64,000 nt of DNA, taken from Octopus sinensis. Lineage: Eukaryota. A program made the position numbers and the translations under genes. The stretch's first letter is position 1. Each line of letters opens with the position of its first letter. A model generated the notes under the pieces. That model did not search any database. It was not told the DNA's origin and saw nothing but the letters and a program-made list of their open reading frames with translations. Shown one piece after another: positions 21,455 to 32,794 of this stretch. The stretch is from assembly GCF_006345805.1 (NCBI RefSeq), contig NC_043016.1, forward strand, positions 32,240,001 through 32,304,000. Direction: 5' to 3'.

Positions 21455-22625
21455 GTCAAATACAAGGTATTATACAACGGTATGAATGAGGCTGGAACTG
21501 AAAACAGTTTATGTGAAGGTAGGTGTGGACTCTCTGAGCCTTGGTTACCTACTCACCTAGTGTCATAATAAAATATAAAAATATTGGTGATTGCACAACC
21601 TTATAAATGCTACCTCTAAATGAGTGATGTCAACATCAAATAATAATCACAACTGTGCTATTGAAACTGGAACTGTTAACAGTGAAGGTGTCGTCATGCA
21701 CGGCAAGCAGGGAGTGTCTGGTCAAGCTCCAGCAGGCCGTCATCAAGCCAATGATCAGGACCAAAATTGAAGTCAAAGGTGCAAAAGGAAAAAGAAAATT
21801 GAAATGGGAAAAAGAGGTGAACAAAATTGTTTTTGAATGCTGGCTGAGAAATGAGTCAAATAAAAGAGGTTTCTTGAAATGAGTGAAGAGAATATTTGAT
21901 GAAAAAGGAGTTTCTGAAGCATCTGCTCATCTCTTTCTCTCTTTTACTCTTTTACTTGTTTCAGTCATTTGACTGTGGCCATGCTGGAGTGCCGCCTTTA
22001 ATCGAGCAACTCGACCCCAGGACTTATTCTTTTGTAAGCCCAGTACTTATTCTATCGGTCTCTTTAGCCGAACCGCTAAGTAACAGGGATGTAAACACAC
22101 CAGCATCGGTTGTCAAGCAATGCTAGGGGGACAAACACAGACGCACAAACATACATGCGCACACACACATATATATATATACGACGGGCTTCTTTCAGTT
22201 TCCGCCTACCAAATCCACTCACAAGGCATTGGTCGACCCGGGGCTATAGCAGAAGACACTTGCCCAAGTTGCCATGCAGTGGGACTGAACCCGGAACCAT
22301 GTGGTTGGTTAGCAAGCTACTTACCACACAGCCACTCCTGCGCCTCTGATAGAAAATTTGAAATTGCAAGAATTTTGGAATGCAAAAATTGTAAAGATTG
22401 TGCCTATAATAATTGGTGCATTGGGAACTCTAAGCAAAGATATAACAAATGGTTGAAGGGGATTGGAATAGAATGTCCTGTAGAACTTCTACAGAAAGTT
22501 TGCCTCTTAGGGACAGGGAAGATTATCAGGAGGGTTCTGAAAGCTTGTGAATACCTAAGGTTACAGGCAGCAACCTGTTACCTACATAAATTCTACCAGG
22601 AATAAGAACGAGCTTGAGTCAAATC
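21455..22625 (+). mobile_element. Internally deleted R4/Dong-like element (N-terminus joined to RLE C-terminus) with a SINE-A inside
   Basis: KRKLKWEKEVNKIVFECW..RGFLK (N-term-like), then VPIIIGALG..PVELLQKVCLLGTGKIIRRVL; same 3' end seen at ~40905-41060. Confidence 0.55.
21940..22345 (-). mobile_element. SINE-A, full length
   Basis: Family head, body and tail. Confidence 0.9.
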
Positions 22626-22923
22626 AATGATAATAATCCTTTTTATTATAGGCGCAAGGCCTAAAATTTTGAGGGGAGGAGTTAAGTCGATTACATCAAC
22701 CCCAATACTCCTTTGTTATTTAATTTATTGACCCTGAAAGGATGAAAGGCAAATTCTGTGCATTTACAGATAGGTGTGTGCATACATATAAGATTATGTG
22801 TGTGTGTTTATACATAAAAGATTGTGTGTGTATGCATGTGTGTAAATTATATATATATATATATATGTATACATATATACACACACATATAAATATGTAT
22901 ATATGCACACACACACACACACA

Positions 22924-24208
22924 TTGGGTCATCCCATAAATAATGCAGTTTTTTCAATTGCATGAACTAAAAGTTGGAGGGGGACAGGATAAACTACCTG
23001 CATCAATTTGCTATAAAAGTAGGTAGTAATTTTACCTTGTCCTTATTCTTAGTGCAAGTTTTGAAGAGTGCAGTTCGATTTTAAAAGTTATTTTTTCAAA
23101 GCTATAATGGAAGTGACAAAGGAGGATATTTGGTATATTTTGCTTTATGAGTTCAATAAAGGCAACAACTCAATGGAAAGTGCAATGAATATTCATGCAA
23201 TGTATGGGGATTGGATAAGTGTAAGCCAGTCTCAAAGGTGATTCCAGAAATTCTGAGCTGGAAACTACAACCTAGAAGACAAACTTCATCCTGGAAGATC
23301 TGTAGAACTCAACGAGGATGTCTTGCAAACCTTGGTGGAACAAAATCTCATTGCAACTATTGAGGAACTAGTAGAGAAGCTTCGATTTGGTCATTCACTC
23401 CTTCATCAACACCTGCATGCCATCGGAAAAGTCAGCAAATTGAATCATTGGGTTCCTCACAAACTTTCTGAGTCTAATCACATGCACAGTGAATGTGTTC
23501 TCTTTTTTGCTGTCACATCTCACAAATGAACCTTTTTTGGACCGAATAGTGACTGGTGATGAGAAATAGGTTTTCTATAAAAATGTCAAGTGCTGAAGAC
23601 AGTCGGTAGGGAAAGGAGAAACACTGGCACCACAGGCTAAATAAGGTCTTCACCCATGTAAGGTGTTGTTATATGTTTGGTGGTATATGAAAGGTTTAGT
23701 CCACTTTGAACTTTTAAACCCAAACCAAATGATAACAAATGAGATCTACTGTGAGCAGCTCGAGCGGCGTAGGTCAGCGCTAGAAGGAAAAGGACCATCT
23801 TTGGTATCAAGATGAAAGGTGCTCTTCTTTCAAGATAATGCTCAGCCACATACAGCAAGGACAACATTATATAGGCTGGAGCAGTTTGAATGGGAAACGA
23901 TGCCTCACCCACCATATTTGCCAGACATTGCCCCATCTGATTATCATTTATTCGACAGTCATCAAAATCATTTGGAAGTAAAAAATATGAATTCTGTAGA
24001 CAAGATCAGAACAGTACTGGAGGAGTGTTTTTCATCACAGACAAGTGAATTTTGGAAGAGGGGCCTTGAAAGTCTACCTGATAGATGGAAGAGCTTTGTA
24101 GAAAATGAAGGAGAGTATATTTTAGATCAAAAAATAACTTTGTTTATCTTAATTTTGAAAAATAAAAGAAGTATAAAAAAAGCCCACATTATTTATGGGA
24201 TGACCCAA
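22924..24208 (+). mobile_element. Full-length mariner (DD34D) transposon, dead
   Basis: TIRs TTGGGTCATCCCATAAATAATG / CATTATTTATGGGATGACCCAA, ~1285 bp; ATG at 23107; WVPHKL, IVTGDEK, QDNAQPH, HPPYLPDIAPSDYHLF; many stops and frameshifts. Confidence 0.93.
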
Positions 24209-24330
24209 TATATATATTTACATGCACACATATCTATATACATATACTATGTAAATATATCTATAGCTATCTGTCTATCTATTATCTACCTATTTATCTA
24301 TCTATCTATCTATTTATCTCTCTCTCTCAG

Positions 24331-24412
<82 letters not shown>

Positions 24413-25200
24413 ATATAGATGTATATATATATGTATGTATGTATATATGTACTAAACTAATCTTCACATCAAAGAGCATTCAGAAATATGTGACCATATC
24501 ATCTAAGCCAGCCACAAACATATTATTTATTTTGCAATATTATGTATACACGCAAACGCTGCATGCACTCAATACACACGCGCGCACGCACACACGCACA
24601 CACACACACACACACACAAGTATTCTTGTTTAAATGAAAGGTGTTTCAAACTGTATACATCTCTGATAATTTTTTCCCCGGTCATGTTTTATTTTATTTG
24701 TTTTATTTTTATTTTTATTTTTATTTTATTTTGTTTTATTTCATTTCATTTTATTTTATTTATTTATCTATATGTAGTATTATTCTTTTACTTTTACACA
24801 GGGCAAATTGATTCAAAGTCTTACTTTCCAGTCATTGATGTGAATCATTGATAAATCAAGATGGATAGAGGGTTTAGAAAGAAAGAGATAAAGAGTTGAC
24901 GGTCAGGGTGGAGGGACGGTGGGGTGGATAAACAAATAGATAAGATATATATATATATATATATATACAGACAGACTGATGGACAGAGAGAGAGAGAGAG
25001 AGCGTGGGTAAATGTTTAGAGCAAAAGTGATATATTGAGATATTTAGCCTGCTAGGAATATTCTGATAGTGATGTATTGAATCGCTAACCCAGCAGGACA
25101 AGTAAAGTGTGTGATGAAGAAAGAACAGAGAGTAATAAAAGGAGATGGAGGTTGGTGGAAAGAGGGGAAGTGAAGTAGAAGTGAGTGTCAAGGGAGAGAA

Positions 25201-25231
<31 letters not shown>

Positions 25232-25786
25232 GAACCAATAAATAATATTGATTTTTTTATTTATTTATTTATTTTTTTGTAACTTTGATGCAAAAAGCTT
25301 TCAGATTTATAGAGGTGGGGGGAAGAAAAAAAAAATTGAGATTTCGTGATGTTCATATTTTTACTCAAGGGCATTAATGAGACAAGTCCAGTGAGAACGT
25401 CTGCTATTTGATGATGATGATGGATGGTTGTGGGGGGGGTGATGATGATGATGGTGATGGTGGTGATGGTGATGATGATAAACTGGGTCACAGATTTAGG
25501 ACATCGAGATCTTAACCTCCAGATGATTTGTTTGTTTTTTTTTTTTTTGTTATTTTTTTTTTTGTGCCATAGTTTGTGAGGAATAGAAATCATTGGTTAC
25601 TGATTTCCAATCAGTTCAATCATTGGTTCATTGTTCTGTTGATAGTGAGAGAGTGACAAGGGAATGTCTAAGCATCCCACCCCTTCGTCTTTCCTCTGCA
25701 TCCCTGCCGAAGTAAAGAACTTGATTTGTAAAATGCCATCTTTTTAATCAGATTTTCTTTTTTTGCTGTAGAATATTTATCCCATC

Positions 25787-25845
<59 letters not shown>

Positions 25846-25879
25846 CACACATGCATGTATGTAGTATGTATGTATATAT

Positions 25880-26275
25880 TCTATTATTTGTTTCAGTCAT
25901 TTGACCGTGGCTATGCTGGAGTACCACCTTGAAGGGTTTTAGTCAAAGAAATCAACCCCAGGACTTTTAAAAAAATTTTTTAAAGCTTAGTACTTATTCT
26001 ATCAGTCTCTTTTGTCAAACTGCTAAGTTACAGGGATGTAAGCACACCAACACCAGTTGTCAAGTGGTGATGAGGAGAGAAACAAAGACACACACACACA
26101 CACACACACACAACAGGCTTCTTTCAGTTTCCGTCTACTAAATCCACTCAGAAGGCTTTGGTCAGCCCAAGGCTATAGTTGAAGACACTTGCCCAAGGTG
26201 CCATGCAGTGGGACTGAAATTGGAACCATGTGGTTGGGAAGCAAGCTTCTCACCACACAGCCATGTCTGTGCCTA
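25880..26275 (-). mobile_element. SINE-A (older subfamily)
   Basis: Family body with AGAAGCTTGCTTCCCAACC head variant. Confidence 0.8.
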
Positions 26276-26372
26276 TATGTATATTAAATATCAAAGTTTG
26301 TTTTTATGTTGATTTATGATAAAAGTTACTTTGTATTAAATTGAAGGATTATTCAATACTTTTTGTACACTA

Positions 26373-26610
26373 CATCATCATCATTGTCGTTTAATGTCCA
26401 CTTTCCATGCTGGCATGGGTTGGATGGTTTGAGGACTGGTTTGCCAGTAGCCTGCACCAAGCTCCAATCTGATCTGGCAAAGTTTCTACAGCTGGATACC
26501 CTTCCTAACACCAATCACTCTGAGAGTGTGGTGGGTGATTTTACGTGCCACCAGCACGAGGGCCAGTCAGGCAGTTCTGGCAACGACCACGCTCAAAAGG
26601 TGTTTTTTTA
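26373..26610 (-). mobile_element. RTE 3'UTR fragment with one stem-loop unit
   Basis: (CAT)n, TTTCCATGCTGGCATGGG, GCCAG-TCAGGCAGTT-CTGGC. Confidence 0.75.
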
Positions 26611-26611
26611 T

Positions 26612-28480
26612 CTATATTTATCATTCTTTAACAAGAATGGTGTTGACTGTGCCTTCGAAGCTTTGGACTGCTTGACCAAATGTGCTACAATCCAATGGAA
26701 AATCACCATCAAAATCCTTTAACTGATGCTGCCAGTCATTGGGGTGCCTCTCCAGATGCTTTCACAGTCAGCCATTGTCACTGATCTCTGTTCTCTGTCA
26801 TGCGTAGCAGATTCACTGTGCTGTGACCTGTCCAGTCCTTGATGTTGTTGAACCAGAATTTTCTCTGTTTGCTTCTTTTTTGTCCTCCCTCAACAGTGCT
26901 CTGAAGAATGCTTTTGGACAGTGTGTTGAGGTGGGATACATGGCTGTACCAGGCAAGCCTTTGTCTCTTTGACTGTGCAAGGAGTGATTCCTGTCTACCA
27001 GTGTATTTGTTGACTTGCTCCTTGACTTAGCTGTTTATATTAACTTTGTATATGGGATGTGTAGTAGCTTTCTGAAGCACTTGTGTTCCAGTGTCTGGAT
27101 TCTTCACTCTATGTCAACTGTAACAGTTCACCTCTCACATCCATACAGAAGGATTGAAGTCACCAGGGACTGCATCTTGCTGTGAAAGCAATAAAATTGC
27201 ATTTCCATATGGTGTTCAACTTCGTCATGGCAGCAGAGGCTACACTGAGTTTTCTTATTTCCTTTTGAGATCTGCTTTCTTTAGTCAAGGAGGATCCTAA
27301 GTACTTGAATGTGTCCACTTCATCAGGCCTTTCTTCATTGAGCATAATGTTGATCGCTGTGTTTTAGTTGTTACCTATTAACCAGAATCCTTCTTTTATC
27401 TGAGCTGATCTCCATCTCATGTGCTTCTGATACTTTTTCCAGTCTGGTGGTGAGCTCTTGTAGTTCTATTTCACTGCACCATAACAGGTCAATATCATCA
27501 GCAAATCACAGGTTAGAAATGGGTTGTCCTCCAATGGAAACAGAGTGGTGGATGTCTTGAAATGTCTCCTGCATGACTTTTTTCCAGAAAGATGCTGAAA
27601 AGCACTTGGAGAGATGAGACATCCTTGTCAAAACCCACCTTTGTCCTGAAGAATTTTCTGATGTTGTTCAGGAGAATTGCACTGCTTGAGTTTTCTTACA
27701 GTGCTTGAATTATTTCAATGAGATTGTTGTCAAATTTGTAGTTCTTCATCACCTGCTACACCCATCATGCCAAACATGGCAATGGAGTTGTGATGGTGGT
27801 CAGAGTGTCTCAGTGAGCAATCTAATGCAAAATACATTTGGGATCTAAATCCAGACAGTTCTGCAAGGATTTCTTCTTCCTTCCCCTTAAGTCTGTTTAG
27901 CAGAACTCCTAGCAATACTTTACTGAGGTGACTAATTAAGCTGATTGTTCAATAATTCTGACAGAATCTTAAGTTTGCCTTTTTTGGTAATGGGTATCAT
28001 CAATGATCAAGTCCACTCCTTTGGTCACAGTTTTGTCTCCCATATCTTCTGACAGGTAACTTAGTGCCTTGATAAGCTTTAACCATCCATATTTTAAGAG
28101 CCCTGATGGAATATTATTCATTCTTGGCGATTTCCTAACTTTGAGCATATGCGCTGACTCTTCTACTTCCTTCTGGGGAAATGGCATATCCCCAAGTTCT
28201 CTGTTATTGTTGTTGGAATTGTTTAGGATGTTGTTTATGAAACCCTCAAAATCCTAACTGAAACAAAGAAACACATCAACACTATCACTAAGGACAAAAC
28301 AGGCCTACTCCTCATGGACAAGAATGATGTCATCAAAAGATGGTCTCAGTACTGCAAAGACTTTTACAGTTACAAACTCAAACATGACACCGACATCCTA
28401 GACAATTCCAATGAAGTATTGACAAGACCAAAACATCAAAGTCACTGTCAACACAATTCTTGTTAAAGAATAATTTATAT
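26612..28480. mobile_element. MITE with ~40-bp TIRs, hosting an RTE insertion
   Basis: ATTCTTTAACAAGAATGGTGTTGACTGTG (~26623) is the inverse of CACTGTCAACACAATTCTTGTTAAAGAAT (~28443-28471). Confidence 0.6.
26725..28411 (-). pseudogene. RTE (BovB-like) LINE RT pseudogene with inverted 5' segment
   Basis: KSPRMNNIPSGLLK, ISLISHLSKVLL..LLNRL, ISNL*FADDIDL, FKYLGS, ILLYGCE; plus-strand 28240-28411 KDKTGLLL..VIKRWSQYCKDFY..DILDNS. Confidence 0.85.
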
Positions 28481-28518
28481 ATATAATTGATATATATATA
28501 TATATGTATATGTATGTA

Positions 28519-28556
<38 letters not shown>

Positions 28557-28744
28557 TGTGTGATTATTCAGTTTATTTCAAGATTTCTTGCCAACAGAGA
28601 AAGAACCAGTTTCTAATTGAGATCCAAGGCTCCTTCATTGGAATTTCAGCTTCAACAACCGAGTATTTTTGTATGTATATGTATTGTGTGTGTGTGTGTG
28701 TGTGGGTTGTGTGTGTGTGTGTGTGTGTGGTGTGTATGTGCAGA

Positions 28745-28985
28745 TTGTTATGTTTATGTCTTGTATTCTCATGCATATAGTTGCATATCTAGATATGCTC
28801 ATAATACTTAAATGATAAACTTCTGGAAAGTTTTACAGATTTTTACAGTTCCAGTGATGGATTGGATCTGTAGTCTTCAAATCAGCTTTCTCCTTTCTGG
28901 TTTTGAGAATCCTAATTTCTCAAGATTGGTATTTAGGCAGTGTGTTACATATCCCGGGGTCACAATAATTACAGGTATAAACCTG
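28745..28985 (-). mobile_element. 3' end of an RLE-type LINE in a (TG)/(TATG) tract
   Basis: FIPVIIVTPGYVTHCLNTNLEKLGF..LQIQSITGTVKICKTF. Confidence 0.55.
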
Positions 28986-29249
28986 ATATATGTATGTATG
29001 TATGTATGTATATGTATACATGCATGTACCCAACCTATGCCAATTGATGATGATGATGACTACAACAATGATAATAATGATGATGTCTGATGATGATGAT
29101 GATGTATGTATGTATGTATGTATGTCTATCTGTCTCTTCTAATTTTTGATTATTATAAATCTTCCACTGAGAAGGGAGCTTGTTATGTTTACATTTGACA
29201 GAGAATATGCATCAATTTTTTCCAAAAGGTTGGCGATACCTGCTCAGAA

Positions 29250-29560
29250 GCCTACACAAAGTTTTCAAAAAGTTTTCATTGTTCTTGACACAATCAAGAT
29301 CTTGTGCAATTGAAACCCAAGTGTCTTTTTGGTCAGCTGTAACTAATCTGCATATCCTCTGATTATCCACGGATGGTGATTTGACAATCTCCCCTCAGCT
29401 GCATGCACATCTATGATGTTTTTCTCAGTTCTGCTGGTTGCGAATCTCCCACAACATTCATCAATATTGATATTTTTCAGCCATCTTGGAAACATAGACA
29501 CAGGCAAGGTATCCCAATTTACATTTAAAAAAAAAATTTTTTTTCCCACTTGTTATTGTA
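29250..29560 (-). pseudogene. Mariner transposase N-terminal fragment
   Basis: GRFATSRTEKNI and RLVTADQKDTWVSIAQDL..NNENFLK resemble mariner HTH/linker motifs. Confidence 0.5.
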
Positions 29561-29815
29561 ACCTGTTCACTTTTGACTTAGCCATTGTACCAAAGTTTAC
29601 CTCGTTAAGAAACAGATAACAGGAACAGATTATTTTTTTATTTTTTATTTTTTGCTAACAGTAATTCAAATAAACAGATGTGTAAAAGGAAAACAAGGAA
29701 CGATAATTAAAATAAAAATACAGAATTAGAGAAAGTTATAATGAAGCAGGAGTGGAGGAGGTTACCCTTTAAGCATTCAGATTATACAGTCAAATGTAAT
29801 GCTTATTTATTCATA

Positions 29816-30228
29816 TAGGCACAGGAGTGGCTGTGTGGTAAGTAGCTTGCTAACCAACCACATTGTTGCGGGTTCAGTCCCACTGCGTGGCATCTTGGGC
29901 AAGTGTCTTCTGCTATAGCCCCGGGCCGACCAATGCCTTGTGAGTGGATTTGGTAGATGGAAACTGAAAGAAGCCTGTCGTATATATGTATGTATATATA
30001 TATATATATATATATGTGTGTATGTATTTGAGTGTCTGTCTTTGTCCCCCTAGCATTGCTTGACAACCGATGCTGGTGTGTTTACATCCCCGTTACTTGG
30101 CGGTTCGGCAAAAGAGACCGATAGGATAAGTACTGGGCTTACAAAGAATAGTTCTGCGGTCGATTTGCTTGACTAAAGGCAGTGCTCCAGCATGCCGCAG
30201 TCAAATGACTGAAACAAGTAAAAGAGTA
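29816..30228 (+). mobile_element. SINE-A, full length
   Basis: Family head, body and tail. Confidence 0.9.
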
Positions 30229-30328
30229 TTCTTTTAAATTAATCATGGATTGCATCTAATCAGTTTGAACTTAAAACAGGTTGAATATTTGGGCTGGATA
30301 TGGCTGGTTTAAATGCTTAAAGAATATA

Positions 30329-30379
<51 letters not shown>

Positions 30380-30519
30380 AGTGAATTGAAGAAATGGAGT
30401 TGAACATGCTGTCTTCTGCTGTGATTTTTGCTACCAAGATATCGGTTAAACTTTTGATTAATCTGCAACAAGATTATTCATCTTTCTATTTCACAAAATT
30501 ATATATATATAATATATAT

Positions 30520-30834
30520 ATATATAAAAAAGGAAATGAAGAAAATGCTGACAATAATTGAAGTAATTTAAGTAATTTAATTAGGTGAAAGTTCTTTTTA
30601 CCGGTTGCGCATTTGTTATGCTTATCAAAATATAAAGAGAGATTAGAGTTCCTTTCTTATAGAATTTTTCCTCTTATAAGAGGAAAAATTCTATAAGAAA
30701 GGAACTCTAATCTCTCTTTTATATTTTGATAAGCATAACAAATGCGCAACCGGTAAAAGAACTTTCACCTAATTAAATTACTTAAATTACTTCAATTATT
30801 TGTCAGCATTTTCTTCATTTCCTTTTTTATATAT
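30520..30834. repeat. ~315-bp spacer-less palindrome, probable inverted Penelope-like terminal repeat
   Basis: Centre CTCTTA|TAAGAG at 30676/30677; arms differ only by about 3 single-base homopolymer indels; TA-rich flanks. Confidence 0.9.
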
Positions 30835-30884
30835 CACACTCGTGTTCGACATCTCCTTTTTTAAATATATATATATATATATAT

Positions 30885-31372
30885 ATACTCTTTTACTCTT
30901 TTACTTGTTTCAGTCATTTGACTGCGACCATACTGGAGCACCACCTTTAGTTGAGCAAATCGACCCATGACTTATGCTGTGGAAGCCTAGTACTTATTCT
31001 ATCGGCCTCTTTTGCCGAACCGCTAACTTACGGGGACGTAAACACACCAGCATCAGTTGTCAAGTGATGTTGGGGGGACAAACACAGATACCCAAACATA
31101 CACACACACACACACAGATACAAACACACACACACACACACACACACCACACACACACACAACACACAACACACACCACACACACACAATATATATATAT
31201 ATACATATATACATATATACGACTGGCTTCTTTCCATTTCCGTCTACAAAATCCACTCAGAAGGCTTTGGTCGGCCTGGGGCTATAGTAGAAGACACTTG
31301 CCCGAGGTACCATGCAGTGGGACTGAACCTAGAACCATGTGGTTTGTAAGCAACCTACTTACCACACAGCCA
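30885..31372 (-). mobile_element. SINE-A with expanded internal CA tract
   Basis: Family body; followed by a plus-strand tail fragment at 31372-31455. Confidence 0.85.
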
Positions 31373-31890
31373 GGATTGATTTGTTCGACTAAAGGTGGTG
31401 CTCCAGCATGGCCACAGTCAAATGACTGAAACAAATAAAAGGAAGAATAAAAGAATGTGTGTGTGTGTGTGTGTATGTGTGTTTGTGTGTGTGTGTGTGG
31501 CATGTGCGTGTGTGTGCGTGTGCGTGTGTGTGTGTGGTGCCATAGCATGGGCACAATCTAATGACTGAAATAAGTAAAAGATAAATATGAAAAGATTGTC
31601 TTTATTGCTGTAGACTTCACACTTAATATCATCATATCACCACTGTAAGGCAGTGAAATGGCTGAGTCGTTAGCACACTGTACAAATTGCTTAGCAGCAT
31701 TTCATCTATCTTTACGTTCTGAGTTCAAATTCAACCAATGTTGACTTTACCTTTCATTCTTTTGAGGTTAATAAAATAAGTACCAGTTGAACACGGGGAA
31801 TGGGGTGGATGGGGGCAGAATGCAATCAACTTATCTCTTGAATCAACTCTTGAAGCTGCAAGCCTTGTGCCAAAATATGAAACCAATATC

Positions 31891-32313
31891 TATTTCTTTT
31901 ACTATCCACAAGGGGCTAAACACAGAGGGGACAAACAAGGACAGACAAACGGATTAAGTCAATTACATCAACCCCAGTGCGTAACTGGTGCTTATTTAAT
32001 CGACCCTGAAAGGATGAAAAGCAAAGTCGACCTTGGCGGAATTTGAACTCAGAACGTAGCGACAGACGAAATACCTATTTCTATTTCTTTGCTACCCAGA
32101 AGGGGCTAAACACAGAGGGGACAAACAAGGACAGACAAATGAATTAAATCGATTATATCAACCCCAGTGCGTAATTGGCACTTATTTAATCGGCCCTGAA
32201 AGGATGAAAGCAAAGTCGACCTCGGCAGAATTTGAACTCAGAACGTAGCGGCAGATGAAATACCGCAAAGCATTTCACCTGGCGTACTAATGATTCTGCC
32301 AGCTCGGTGCCTT
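31891..32313 (-). mobile_element. SINE-B dimer with Tx1-like tails and 16-bp TSD
   Basis: TSD ATATGAAACCAATATC at 31875-31890 and 32315-32330; inserted at the tail of an older plus-strand SINE-B (31645-31890). Confidence 0.88.
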
Positions 32314-32474
32314 TATATGAAACCAATATCATTAAATCACCCTTGGTTTGAGGAAAAAGTTAGGAGTACATGACTATCAAGACAGTCCCTTTTGACCAAA
32401 ATTCCTCGGATCAAATTTCACCAGGAATTACCGATCCTGTTAGAAATACTATTTAACCCATTTTTTTTTAAGAA

Positions 32475-32708
32475 AACACCATCTGAGCGTGGCCATCTGC
32501 CAGCCTCGTCTGGCACCTGTGTCGGTGGCACATAAAATCACCCACTACACTCTCGGAGTGGTTGGCATTAGGAAGGGCATCCAGCTGTAGAAACACTGCC
32601 AGATCTGACTGGCCTGGTGCAGCCTTCGGGCTTGCCAGACCCCAGTTGAACCGTCCAACCCATGCTAGCATGGAAAGCGGATGTTAAACGATGATGATGA
32701 TGATGATG
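32475..32708 (+). mobile_element. RTE 3'UTR fragment with (GAT)n tail
   Basis: GTGTCGGTGGCACATAAAATCACC..GGAAGGGCATCCAGC..CATGGAAAGCGGATGTTAAACGATGATG. Confidence 0.8.
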
Positions 32709-32794
32709 AATAATCTAAGACCATCTTTGTCTCTGAGTTATAAAACTTCTCATTTTAAAAAGTTCACACTTAAATTTAAAATGTCTGTCATTCA

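Noticed and set aside
23819-24418. 199-aa ORF as an intact or domesticated transposase (SETMAR-like)
   Set aside because: Only the C-terminal third of a mariner with upstream stops; it reads through the TIR into a TA microsatellite
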